Of a DNA stretch of 31,029 nucleotides, positions 8,092 through 17,275 are shown piece by piece. Under the pieces are notes generated by a model that saw only the letters and a list, made by a program, of their open reading frames with translations, had not been told where the DNA came from and ran no database searches. The position numbers and the translations under genes were made by a program. This DNA comes from a virus. Lineage: Duplodnaviria > Caudoviricetes. Where the stretch lies: positions 1-31,029 of IMG/VR virus record IMGVR_UViG_3300017763_000108; one strand, 5' to 3'. The stretch's first letter is position 1, and every line of letters starts with the position of its first letter.

Positions 8092-8318
8092 ACAACGACT
8101 TTATGAGACCATACTTGCACAAGAAGTGGTGCTGGGATAATGGATTCTTTGTCGTTTTAAAGCCTATTACGCAAGGTGGTTATAAGTCAAAAGTAAAAAT
8201 ACATCTTGTGATACAGAAAAACACACAGGTAGGAAAAGAAGAATACACACAGAACTCAAAAGAGTTAGAAAACAAGATAGAAGAACTGTACAAGTATATG
8301 TACGAAACCTATAGATAG
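8082..8318 (+). CDS. hypothetical protein
   Basis: ATG 8082 in frame with tracked ORF; overlaps upstream stop; followed by terminator. Confidence 0.65.
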   Translation: MAIDNDFMRPYLHKKWCWDNGFFVVLKPITQGGYKSKVKIHLVIQKNTQVGKEEYTQNSKELENKIEELYKYMYETYR

Positions 8319-8343
8319 ATTTTCATTTGGTTTGTTTAGGATT

Positions 8344-8371
8344 AGGGGGCAGAGATGTCCCCTTTTCTTTT
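8344..8371 (+). terminator. intrinsic terminator
   Basis: GGGGGCA-GAGA-TGTCCCC hairpin plus TTTTCTTTT. Confidence 0.75.
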
Positions 8372-8401
8372 ATACATATTTGTCGTATTTTTATTGTATT
8401 A
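8372..8401 (+). promoter_or_regulatory. putative phage late promoter, copy 2 (tail operon)
   Basis: ATACATA(8372)...TATTGT(8392); offset 18. Confidence 0.65.
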
Positions 8402-8411
8402 ATATACGATT

Positions 8412-9074
8412 ATGAAAATAGACATATACATACCTGAAAAGTTATCTGATATAACATTAGAACAATATCAAAAGTTTGAAAAGCTAAACACAGTAGACAA
8501 CCAAAATAGTAACTTCTTGTTACACAAAATGGTTGAGATATTTTGCAGACTGGATTTAAAAGACATAGCAAGAATCAAATACAAATACGTAAATAGTATA
8601 GTATCTGACCTAAATAGTATGTTTAACGTAAAGACAGAACTAATACCTACATTTACTTTAAAGGGTGTAGAGTACGGTTTCATACCAAAGTTAGATGACA
8701 TTACCTTAGGGGAGTACATAGACCTTGATAGCAGCATATCAGATTGGGAAACAATGCACAAAGCTATGGCAGTACTTTACAGACCAGTTACACTTAAAAA
8801 GGACGATAGATACCAAATAGAAGAATACACCGCAAAGGAGGACACCGAGAAGTTCAAGGACACGCCTTTAGATGTTGTAATGGGTTGCTTGGTTTTTTTT
8901 TACAGTTTAAACAACGAGTTGTTACAAACTACCCTGAAATATTTAGCGAAGGAGATGGGGGAGAATCTGACTACTCAGCAACGAGTAGCTTTGGAAGAAA
9001 GTGGGGTTGGTATCAATCAATCTATGGACTGGCTAAGGGAGATGTTACCCAATTCGACAACATTACTAAACTAA
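8412..9074 (+). CDS. probable tail assembly chaperone (gpG-like, unshifted product, 220 aa)
   Basis: First gene of tail operon; contains T9 slippery run at 8893-8901. Confidence 0.65.
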   Translation: MKIDIYIPEKLSDITLEQYQKFEKLNTVDNQNSNFLLHKMVEIFCRLDLKDIARIKYKYVNSIVSDLNSMFNVKTELIPTFTLKGVEYGFIPKLDDITLGEYIDLDSSISDWETMHKAMAVLYRPVTLKKDDRYQIEEYTAKEDTEKFKDTPLDVVMGCLVFFYSLNNELLQTTLKYLAKEMGENLTTQQRVALEESGVGINQSMDWLREMLPNSTTLLN

Positions 9075-9154
9075 ATATGCACAAGTCATTTATGTATTTA
9101 GCCTTTGAAAAAGAAAAGACAGAATTAGAAAAATCAATGATTAAGAAAAGATGA
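8894..9154 (+). CDS. -1 frame extension (gpGT-like) reached by frameshift; fusion about 247 aa
   Basis: -1 frame open across T TTT TTT (8894-8900) to TGA 9154; no ATG near its 5' end; stop overlaps ATG of next gene. Confidence 0.65.
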   Translation, partial: FFLQFKQRVVTNYPEIFSEGDGGESDYSATSSFGRKWGWYQSIYGLAKGDVTQFDNITKLNMHKSFMYLAFEKEKTELEKSMIKKR

Positions 9155-9606
9155 AAGGATTTTACGAAGTAACAGACAAACTAAAAACACTACTAAATGC
9201 AGAGCCATTTGTAAACACGGTTACCTATGGAAGTATTGACGATGTAGATTTAGATAAGCAGAGTATCTTTCCTTTGTCGCATATTATAGTTAACAATGCA
9301 GTAGTAGGTACTAAGACCACAACTTTTAGTATTTCTGTTCTTGCAATGGACATAGTGGATATATCCAACGATGAGGTTACAGATGCCTTTGTAGGAAACG
9401 ACAACGAACAGGACGTACTAAACACACAACTTGCACTACTAACAAGGGTAATAAACGAACTACAAAGAGGGGATAGCTACACAGACAAGTATCAAGTAGA
9501 ATCTGATGTAACTTGTGAGCCATTTGTAGATAGGTTTGAAAACAAATTAGCAGGATGGACTGCAACCTTTAGTGTAATGGTAGTAAATGATATGACAGTC
9601 TGCTAA
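9151..9606 (+). CDS. putative tail terminator/completion protein
   Basis: 151 aa acidic; IFPLSHI, F.DRFENKLAGW; position in tail operon. Confidence 0.55.
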   Translation: MKGFYEVTDKLKTLLNAEPFVNTVTYGSIDDVDLDKQSIFPLSHIIVNNAVVGTKTTTFSISVLAMDIVDISNDEVTDAFVGNDNEQDVLNTQLALLTRVINELQRGDSYTDKYQVESDVTCEPFVDRFENKLAGWTATFSVMVVNDMTVC

Positions 9607-10118
9607 TGACCTTTAAAGAAACAAAACAAGCCTTAGAGGCATTTGCTAAAACAATTATAAAACAGTCAAAGGGAAACCTTAGAAGGCATCGTAATAACAA
9701 ATTCATTACGGGATCATCAAGTGGGGACTTAGAAGGCAGCTTAGGATATGACTTAAACGTTAGTCCTAATAGCTTTTCTTTAGAGTTTTATATGGCTGAC
9801 TATGGTATCTATCAGGATGAAGGTGTAAAGGGTGCTGAGAGTACATACCAAAAGAGTAGAGACAGTAGATTTAAATACAAGAAAATGCCATTAAATGCAG
9901 AGGCAAGGAAAAGCATAGGTAGTTGGATTAGAAAGAAGGGTATAGATGGCAACATAGATAGTTTAACTTATGTAATAGCAAGAAGCATTTACAAGAAAGG
10001 TTTAAGGGCAAGTTTCTTTTTTACTAAGCCATTTGAAAACGCTTATTTAAAACTACCTGACGAATTAATAGAAAAGTTTGCATTAGATATAGATGACTTT
10101 ATAGAATTTACAAAATGA
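9606..10118 (+). CDS. putative neck/tail completion protein (HK97 gp10-like)
   Basis: SGDLEGSL, YGIYQDEG, IARSIYKKG..FFTKPFE pattern. Confidence 0.55.
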   Translation: MTFKETKQALEAFAKTIIKQSKGNLRRHRNNKFITGSSSGDLEGSLGYDLNVSPNSFSLEFYMADYGIYQDEGVKGAESTYQKSRDSRFKYKKMPLNAEARKSIGSWIRKKGIDGNIDSLTYVIARSIYKKGLRASFFFTKPFENAYLKLPDELIEKFALDIDDFIEFTK

Positions 10119-10666
10119 TTAAAGCAAGAAGTCCATTCTTTATAGAACACCAAGAACCTGCTCCACCTGTAGTGTTGCAAAACTTTAGTTGTGCAGATAC
10201 AGAGATTACAGGACTTTCAATAGCAGCAGATGGTACTATTACAAATCCAACAGTAAGCGTAGGTACACTTCATAGTATAGAGCCGAGTAGTTTTGGTACT
10301 GTACCTGTTGATACATTAAGAAACTTATATGTGTTGGTTACATACGATTCGGCTAACTTTTTACCACCAAGTGGGACAAGCTATGAGGCTTATTGTTATA
10401 AACAAGTTTTACAACCAGCAACTACAATAATAGCCTATCAAAAAAATTATAGAGTTACAAACCATAGTACAACAGAAAACGCATTAATAAATTACATTGC
10501 CTATGATGGCAACCAAGAAATAACACATTTTTTAGCACCAAGCAGTACAGTAGATATATGTGTAGCACCTGTAAATAACTACACATTTGGGTTTCCTACA
10601 GTTTCAGGAGACAATGTAACCTACTTTGATTTGGTGCAGGGATGTTCAACCGATATACTAAGCTAA
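10115..10666 (+). CDS. putative virion protein with one Cys-bracketed beta repeat
   Basis: N-terminal ARSPFFI motif; residues about 24-102 resemble the repeats of 17272..18828. Confidence 0.65.
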   Translation: MIKARSPFFIEHQEPAPPVVLQNFSCADTEITGLSIAADGTITNPTVSVGTLHSIEPSSFGTVPVDTLRNLYVLVTYDSANFLPPSGTSYEAYCYKQVLQPATTIIAYQKNYRVTNHSTTENALINYIAYDGNQEITHFLAPSSTVDICVAPVNNYTFGFPTVSGDNVTYFDLVQGCSTDILS

Positions 10667-10667
10667 G

Positions 10668-10718
10668 ATGAGAATAAACGCAAGGAGTCCTTTTTTTATA
10701 CAATTTAATAGCAACTAA
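10668..10718 (+). other. 16-codon mini-ORF MRINARSPFFIQFNSN, paralogous to the N-terminus of 10115..10666
   Basis: ATG 1 nt after upstream stop, TAA 2 nt before next ATG; shares ARSPFFI. Confidence 0.55.
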
Positions 10719-10720
10719 TT

Positions 10721-11710
10721 ATGCCTGTATTAGACCGAGCAGAATTGGAACTTTATATTTATGATGGCACGTCAGGTACTTATACTGATAGCGATTTAAA
10801 ATATGAACTATCCAAAACGAGATTATCAACCCAAGACAATATATTATTTGAAATAAGTGAATTGGTTAGAGACTACATAGATATAACTTTTAACAATGAC
10901 TATTTAAGCACAACCAAATGGGTAACTGCCATTACAAGGTTATACGATGCAGATGGTGATGAGTTTGCAAGTGGTAGTCCTGTAACAAATAATTACTTGG
11001 CAATGGATGGCTATGGTTATTTTGAGGATGGTATAAACCCACAACTTTCAGATAACCTACTAATAAGTAATAATACTCTTTACTTGCCTGAAAACACTGC
11101 AGGTAAATTACCAATATTTGCAGAGGGGGTAGGAAAGGTTACAATAGATAGCGTAGATACTCAAATAACAGACGATGGTAACTCAAATCAAAAGATACAG
11201 TATGTAACAATACCTGCCGATAGTAGCACAATACAAGTCTATGACACTGACGACACAACCTTACTCAAAACGGTAACGGTAAACAACGTATGTGAACCTA
11301 AATTTACACCTTACAAGCTAACGTTTGTTAATAAATTTGGTGCATATCAAGATATGTATTTCTTTAAGAAGTTTGTAGAGAGTATGGCTATTACAGATGA
11401 ATTATACAAAGCAAATATTATAAACACATCTACTTTAACTTATCCCACATATAAGGGGCAGCAAGAAAGATACAATGTTAGTGCAACCAAAAAGGTAGTT
11501 TTAAATTCAGGTTTTGTAAATGAAGATTATAATTTAGCTATAGAAGAACTACTGCTAAGTGAGAATGTTTGGATAAGATGGGAGGGTAGAACATTACCAA
11601 TAATTGTAAGAACCAAAGAACATACTTACAAAACATCACTAAACGACAAACTAATAAACCACACATTAGAATTTGAATTTGCATTTAGCAAGATTAACAA
11701 CATCAAATAA
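10721..11710 (+). CDS. putative tail tip/distal tail protein
   Basis: FEISELVRDYI, FVNKFGA, LNSGFVNE..ELLLSE.VW; tail operon context. Confidence 0.6.
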   Translation: MPVLDRAELELYIYDGTSGTYTDSDLKYELSKTRLSTQDNILFEISELVRDYIDITFNNDYLSTTKWVTAITRLYDADGDEFASGSPVTNNYLAMDGYGYFEDGINPQLSDNLLISNNTLYLPENTAGKLPIFAEGVGKVTIDSVDTQITDDGNSNQKIQYVTIPADSSTIQVYDTDDTTLLKTVTVNNVCEPKFTPYKLTFVNKFGAYQDMYFFKKFVESMAITDELYKANIINTSTLTYPTYKGQQERYNVSATKKVVLNSGFVNEDYNLAIEELLLSENVWIRWEGRTLPIIVRTKEHTYKTSLNDKLINHTLEFEFAFSKINNIK

Positions 11711-13851
11711 TGCTAAACCTACAACTTTACATAGAGGGTATAGAAGTAGAACTGTTTAAGGATGAAGCGGTAAGCCTAACGCAAACACTACAGAATGTAA
11801 AAGACATAAGTAAGATATTTACAAATTTTACAAGAACATTTAATGTACCTGCAAGTAAGGAGAATAACAAAATATTTAATCACTTCTATAACTACGATGT
11901 TGTAGGCTATGTTTCGGGAGTTAAAAAACCATCACAGTTACTACTTAACCAGCAATCGTTTAAGACAGGTAAAATAAGATTAGAGGGTGTAACATTAAAA
12001 GAAGGAAAACCACACACCTACAGGCTTACATTTATTGGAGACACGGTAAACATAAAAGACCTATTAGGAGAAAGTTTGTTAAGTACACTTGACAATCTAT
12101 ACGACATAGAATTTACTTATAATGCTGACAACGTAACAACCTACTTACAGGATGGTTTAGATGTAACGATAAACGGTGTAGAATACGAAGATGCCTTAAT
12201 AGTGCCTTTAATTACACACACGCAAAGACTGTTTTATGATACGACTACTACTGAATCACAAAGTGGAAACTTAGCCTATGATGCTGGAACAGTACAGGGT
12301 GTTAAGTACGAACAACTAAAACCTGCTATTAGGGTATATGTTTTAGTCAAAGCAATAGAAGATAAGTTTGGTATTAAATTTAGTGGAGACTTTTTCAATA
12401 AAACAAATCCTAATTTTTACAACCTTTACCTATGGCTACACAGAAAAGAGGGTGGATTATTTGAAGAAGATAAGATACGCTCTAAAACTACTTTTTGTTG
12501 TCCAAGTGGTACAACCGAAGATAGGGCAGTATGGGAAGAACACATTGCAGACGAAACCTTTTTTCTTAGACAACCCGAAAACCCTGATGATGTAAAACTA
12601 AGATACGAAATCAAAATAATAACCAACGCTGAAAACTACAATGTAATAGTAGAAAACGATGGGGAGATATTTGAAAGAGTAGATAACCTAAATGGAAATC
12701 ATACAATAGGAAGCGATAACGAATACGCTGCTTACCCATCAGGAAACTATAGAGTATATTTTGAAAGTGAGTCATCTGCAGAGTTTCAATTAGAGGTTAC
12801 GCTAAATGAATGGCAGAAAGAATTTGAAGGGTCTAAGAACATTACAATACAATTACAAGGAAGGTCAGAGACACAGACAGATGCAGATTTTAATGCAGCA
12901 TTGCATTTGCCTAAAATGAAAACGTTAGACTTCCTTACAGGACTTTTTAGAATGTTCAACCTTACCGCTTATCAAGACAAAGATGGCATAGTACAGGTAA
13001 AAACACTTGACGATTTCTATGCACAAAGTAAAAACACTTTTAACATTACAGAATTTTTAGATACTACTACTTCTGCTATAGATGCTTTGATGCCATACAG
13101 AAGAATAGTTTTTAAGTACAAAGGGTTAAAGAGTTTTTTTAGCGAAAACCACAAGCAGTTATTTAATATTGAATGGGGGACAGAAAACTACGAGGATGTT
13201 TACAAAACAGAAGGAGGCACATATAACGTTGAACTACCTTTTGAACATCACAAGTTTGAGAGGCTAACAGATGATGACCTAACACTTACAGATGCCCAAT
13301 GGGGGTGGAGTGCTGACATAAGACAAGACCCATATTTAGGAGAACCCTTTTTGTTCTATGCTAAGAAAATAACAGATGGCACACAAATAGGAGTTGTAAA
13401 GACATCAAGTTTAAGGGTAGGGATAACAGATTACTATATACCTTCAAATAGTGTTGACATTACAGATAGCCAAAACTTAAATTTTAAAGCAGAGTTTAAC
13501 GAATATACAGGAACTGTATTTACAGATACGTTATTTCAAACTTATTATAGTAATTATATAGGCGATACGTTTGACCAAAAAAGAAGGTTAAGTAAATTTA
13601 AAGCCTACCTTCCTCTTAGGGTAATATTAAACCTAAGTTTAGCAGATAGGATTATTGTGTTTGATAGAATATATAAAATCAACGAAATAAGAACAAACCT
13701 TACAACGGGTCTTAGTCATTTGGAATTAATCAACGAAGTAAAAGACTTTGTAATAGAAAACCAAGATAAGTACTTTGCCGATTCGGTAGATAAAAGATTT
13801 AAAACTTGTGATAATACAAACATAACAGTAGATTGGACAGGGACGGTATGA
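11710..13851 (+). CDS. putative baseplate hub/tail tip protein
   Basis: 713 aa; LYIEG..VELF, FTRTFNVPAS..NNKIF, LPKMK..DFLTGLFRMFNL; upstream of tape measure. Confidence 0.6.
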   Translation: MLNLQLYIEGIEVELFKDEAVSLTQTLQNVKDISKIFTNFTRTFNVPASKENNKIFNHFYNYDVVGYVSGVKKPSQLLLNQQSFKTGKIRLEGVTLKEGKPHTYRLTFIGDTVNIKDLLGESLLSTLDNLYDIEFTYNADNVTTYLQDGLDVTINGVEYEDALIVPLITHTQRLFYDTTTTESQSGNLAYDAGTVQGVKYEQLKPAIRVYVLVKAIEDKFGIKFSGDFFNKTNPNFYNLYLWLHRKEGGLFEEDKIRSKTTFCCPSGTTEDRAVWEEHIADETFFLRQPENPDDVKLRYEIKIITNAENYNVIVENDGEIFERVDNLNGNHTIGSDNEYAAYPSGNYRVYFESESSAEFQLEVTLNEWQKEFEGSKNITIQLQGRSETQTDADFNAALHLPKMKTLDFLTGLFRMFNLTAYQDKDGIVQVKTLDDFYAQSKNTFNITEFLDTTTSAIDALMPYRRIVFKYKGLKSFFSENHKQLFNIEWGTENYEDVYKTEGGTYNVELPFEHHKFERLTDDDLTLTDAQWGWSADIRQDPYLGEPFLFYAKKITDGTQIGVVKTSSLRVGITDYYIPSNSVDITDSQNLNFKAEFNEYTGTVFTDTLFQTYYSNYIGDTFDQKRRLSKFKAYLPLRVILNLSLADRIIVFDRIYKINEIRTNLTTGLSHLELINEVKDFVIENQDKYFADSVDKRFKTCDNTNITVDWTGTV

Positions 13852-14003
13852 TAGAAAATATATTAAATTTATTAGAAATAGCAAAACAAACAAAGCAAAC
13901 AGGGGAACATACTGCCATAGCATTAGGCAAAAACAAATATCCTGAAAGTGTAAGGGAAGCATACAACATATTTAAGACAGAGTTATGGCATACAAAAAAG
14001 TAG
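13848..14003 (+). CDS. hypothetical protein (51 aa, not in ORF track)
   Basis: MIENILNLLEIAKQ...IALGKNKYPES...*; ATGA overlap; fills gap before tape measure. Confidence 0.65.
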   Translation: MIENILNLLEIAKQTKQTGEHTAIALGKNKYPESVREAYNIFKTELWHTKK

Positions 14004-15607
14004 GTGTTGAATTTGAATTAAAGTATAAGGAGGCTGCAAAGAATGCATCTGAATTAGGCAAAATTGTTAATCAACAAGACAAGGAGATAAACAACTTACA
14101 GGGTAGTCTTGATGACTTAAAGAAAAGTACAGACAAATCATCACGTGGATTTAAAGGCTTTGCTACTTCTATAAAAAATATAGGAAAAACAACAGGCGTA
14201 GTTTATTTGGTTGTAAAGGCTTTTGATATTTTAAAGGAAACTTTTGGACAAAATCAGCAGGTTGTAGATATTTTTAACACTGGTATGGAGGCTTTGAGTT
14301 TAGCCTTTAATGATTTATTTACGTTCTTGAACAATAACATAGGAACTGTTATAGGATATTTTAAAAGTATTTTTAACGACCCAGTCCAATCCCTATATGA
14401 CTTTGGAAATGCTATTTATAATAACATTACAGAAAGGTTTAATAGTCTATTAGATACGTTAGGATTCTTAGCGAGTGCAGTTAAAAAAGTGATTGAGGGA
14501 GACTTTACAGGTGCATTAAAAGAAGTTAAAAATGCAGGTAAGGAAGCGGTAGATGTTATGACAGGTGTACCTGACACCTTTGATAAAATAGTTGAGGCAG
14601 CACCTTCTGTAGTAAAAGGAATAACTGATTATACAAAAAGCACAGTAAAGGCTGCAACAGAAACAACAGAACTTAACAAAGCGGCAGCCATAGGTATAGC
14701 ACAAAACCAAATAATATTAGAACAAAAGGATAGGGAGGCAGAAAAGCTAAGACAGATTAGGGACGATGAAACTAAAACCATAGCAGAGCGAATAGAAGCA
14801 AATAATAAACTTGCAAAAGTATTAGACGAGCAGGAAAAGTTGATGTTGGCAAATGCAGATGCGGTAATAGCAGCAGCCCAAGCACAGTTTGATAAAAACA
14901 AAAATGACGAAAACCAAATAGCATTACTTGAAGCACAAGCTGAAAAAGAAGGAATACTTGCACAGATAGAAGGGCTTAGAAGTGAGCAGTTAATAAATGT
15001 AAATTCACTTGAAAGAGAAAGGTTAGATTTAAAGGATGAGGAAAAGGAAAAGGAGATAGAACTTGCCGAACTAAAAGCTGAACTAAAAGCACAAGAGCGT
15101 GAAGATATGCTCAAAAATATGGACATCCTAAGAGGTATAATAGGCGAAGAAACCGCATTAGGTAAAGCATTATTTATTGCTAAACAGGCAATACTTATTA
15201 AGGAGCAAATAATGGAAGCTAAAGCAACCTTATCAAGAATAACAATGAGGTCTGCGGAGGCAGGGGTAGATTTAGCTAAAGGGTCAGCGGCAACCGCAAA
15301 GGTAGGATTCCCACAAAACGTACCTTTATTAATTGCATTTGCAGCACAAGCAGCAGGTATATTAGCGGCAATTAAAGCAGCAGTAGATGCCACCAAAAAA
15401 TCAACACCAAGAGTAGGTGGCGGTGTATCAACATCATCAAGACCAACACCACCTGTATTTAACATAGTAGGTGCTGCACCTGAAAGCCAATTAGCACAAA
15501 CCATAGGCGAAAGGGAACAACAACCCCTAAAAGCTTATGTTGTAAGTGCAGATGTTACAACCGCACAAGATTTAGACAGGAACATTATTGAGGGTGCATC
15601 AATATAA
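13985..15607 (+). CDS. tail tape measure protein
   Basis: 540 aa, helical, Ala/Lys/Glu-rich with hydrophobic segments; C-terminal KAYVVSADVTTAQDLDRNI. Confidence 0.75.
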   Translation: MAYKKVGVEFELKYKEAAKNASELGKIVNQQDKEINNLQGSLDDLKKSTDKSSRGFKGFATSIKNIGKTTGVVYLVVKAFDILKETFGQNQQVVDIFNTGMEALSLAFNDLFTFLNNNIGTVIGYFKSIFNDPVQSLYDFGNAIYNNITERFNSLLDTLGFLASAVKKVIEGDFTGALKEVKNAGKEAVDVMTGVPDTFDKIVEAAPSVVKGITDYTKSTVKAATETTELNKAAAIGIAQNQIILEQKDREAEKLRQIRDDETKTIAERIEANNKLAKVLDEQEKLMLANADAVIAAAQAQFDKNKNDENQIALLEAQAEKEGILAQIEGLRSEQLINVNSLERERLDLKDEEKEKEIELAELKAELKAQEREDMLKNMDILRGIIGEETALGKALFIAKQAILIKEQIMEAKATLSRITMRSAEAGVDLAKGSAATAKVGFPQNVPLLIAFAAQAAGILAAIKAAVDATKKSTPRVGGGVSTSSRPTPPVFNIVGAAPESQLAQTIGEREQQPLKAYVVSADVTTAQDLDRNIIEGASI

Positions 15608-15638
15608 AACAAAAACTAAGAAATAATATTGTTATAAT
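15607..15638 (+). promoter_or_regulatory. putative phage late promoter, copy 3 (ATG at +12 from TATT)
   Basis: AAACAAA(15607)...TATTGT(15627); offset 18. Confidence 0.7.
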
Positions 15639-16655
15639 ATGAATATCGTAGAACTTGTAATAGATGAAAACGATGACGTTTCAGGAATTGAAGCTATAAG
15701 CGTTGTAGAAAGTCCTGCAATAGAAGAAGATTTTATTGCATTAAAAACACAAGAGTTTAAACTTGCAGAAGTAGATAAGGAAAAGCGTATCTTAATGGGT
15801 GCTGCTTTAGTGCCTAACAAACCTATTTACAGAAGAAGCGGAGAAGATGAATATTATATTTACTTCTCAAAAGATACTGTACGCAAAGCAAGTGAACTGT
15901 TTTTTATAAGAGGTAATCAAAACAATTCAACCTTAGAACATAATATGCCGCTTACAGGACTTACTGCGGTTGAGAGTTGGATAGTAGAAGGCGAGAAGGA
16001 TAAGACAAGGCATTACGATTTAGACGTGCCTATAGGTACTTGGATGGTGTCTATGAAGGTACACAATGATGACGTGTGGAATAACTATGTAAAAACAGGC
16101 AAGGTAAAAGGATTTTCAATAGAGGGTTACTTTGCAGACAAGTTAGAGAAACCACAAGACAAGTCTATAAAAGATGAACTGTCTAAAATTGAAGAAGAAG
16201 AAGCACAACACATATTAGACCAACTTACAAACTTGTTTGACAATGAGCAGGAATTTGAAAGCTATGCAGATTACCCTGATGGTGTAAAAAACAATGCAAA
16301 AAGAGGTATAGAACTAAACGAAAAGTTAAATAATAAGTGTGCTACACAAGTTGGTAAAGTAAGAGCGCAACAATTAGCCAAAGGTGAAGCCATAACGGTA
16401 GAAACTATTAAAAGAATGTTTAGTTACTTGTCAAGAGCAGAGGAATATTACGATGAAGGCGATAGTAAAGCCTGTGGTACTATATCTTATTTACTATGGG
16501 GAGGCAAAGCAGGACTTAGATGGGCAGGTTCTAAACTAAAAGAACTTGATTTATTAGAAGCATCATTAAAAGAACCTTGTTATGATGGGTATGAAATGAT
16601 AGGATTCAAAATGAAAAACGGTAAAAGAGTACCTAACTGCGTACCGATTAAATAA
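15639..16655 (+). CDS. XkdF-like putative prohead serine protease with C-terminal extra modules
   Basis: AISVVESPAIE, KRILMGAALVPNK, TLEH, VESW, GTW, GKVKGFSIEG. Confidence 0.8.
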   Translation: MNIVELVIDENDDVSGIEAISVVESPAIEEDFIALKTQEFKLAEVDKEKRILMGAALVPNKPIYRRSGEDEYYIYFSKDTVRKASELFFIRGNQNNSTLEHNMPLTGLTAVESWIVEGEKDKTRHYDLDVPIGTWMVSMKVHNDDVWNNYVKTGKVKGFSIEGYFADKLEKPQDKSIKDELSKIEEEEAQHILDQLTNLFDNEQEFESYADYPDGVKNNAKRGIELNEKLNNKCATQVGKVRAQQLAKGEAITVETIKRMFSYLSRAEEYYDEGDSKACGTISYLLWGGKAGLRWAGSKLKELDLLEASLKEPCYDGYEMIGFKMKNGKRVPNCVPIK

Positions 16656-17275
16656 TGGGAAGAAATACTGCATATAGAGTACACGTTGAAGATGTTACCC
16701 AAGAGAAAGTAGATGGGGTAAACATAGAAAATGGTGCAATGCTACGCACAGATGACTACCTTTATATGGGGCATAATGACGAAAACGTTATAGTTTACCC
16801 ACAAACAGGAGCAGCTAATTTAGGTTGGGCGAGATATGATGATACGGAATACCATTCAACATATAAACTATCCTTAATACAGGACACAGAAACGGTACTT
16901 CCTAATAATGCAGGAAACATAGTTAAAAGTCATTCAAGCATTAATTTTTACAATTCTGCTACACAAAAAATCTTAGGTGTAAATGAAAATGACGTTTACA
17001 TTATTACGGTAGCTTTTAAAGCCCAAGCCGCTAATGCTAATCAAACTTATTTAGAATATAAATTAGTAGGGTCAGGTCAGATATCAAGAGTAGCAGGAAC
17101 GATAGCATTTCCAAAAGGCAATAACGAAGAACATTCCGAAAACATAATGGCGCAGTACTACACAGACTCTACTTTTATACAGGATGGAGTGCAGATGAAA
17201 TTCACATCAGTAGGAAATGGATGTCTTGTTTGGGATGTTATATATTTTATACAAAGAACACAAAACGCAGGATGA
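16655..17275 (+). CDS. putative virion decoration/fibre protein (beta-rich C-terminus)
   Basis: 206 aa, TAATG coupling; GWARY.D and beta-sandwich-like C-terminus; head operon context. Confidence 0.5.
   Translation: MGRNTAYRVHVEDVTQEKVDGVNIENGAMLRTDDYLYMGHNDENVIVYPQTGAANLGWARYDDTEYHSTYKLSLIQDTETVLPNNAGNIVKSHSSINFYNSATQKILGVNENDVYIITVAFKAQAANANQTYLEYKLVGSGQISRVAGTIAFPKGNNEEHSENIMAQYYTDSTFIQDGVQMKFTSVGNGCLVWDVIYFIQRTQNAG

Noticed and set aside
10691-10708. T7 run as a -1 frameshift joining the mini-ORF to 10721..11710
   Set aside because: The -1 frame meets TAA at 10706 and TAG at 10709
14629-15504. 291-aa minus-strand ORF
   Set aside because: Antisense shadow of the Ala/Glu/Lys-rich tape measure; low-complexity Ser/Ala/Phe translation and no expression signals
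17221-17271. Tracked upstream start of the 535-aa ORF (likewise 24708, 30176, 30453, 8076)
   Set aside because: These extensions overlap upstream genes or a promoter; downstream ATGs fit the coupling pattern better
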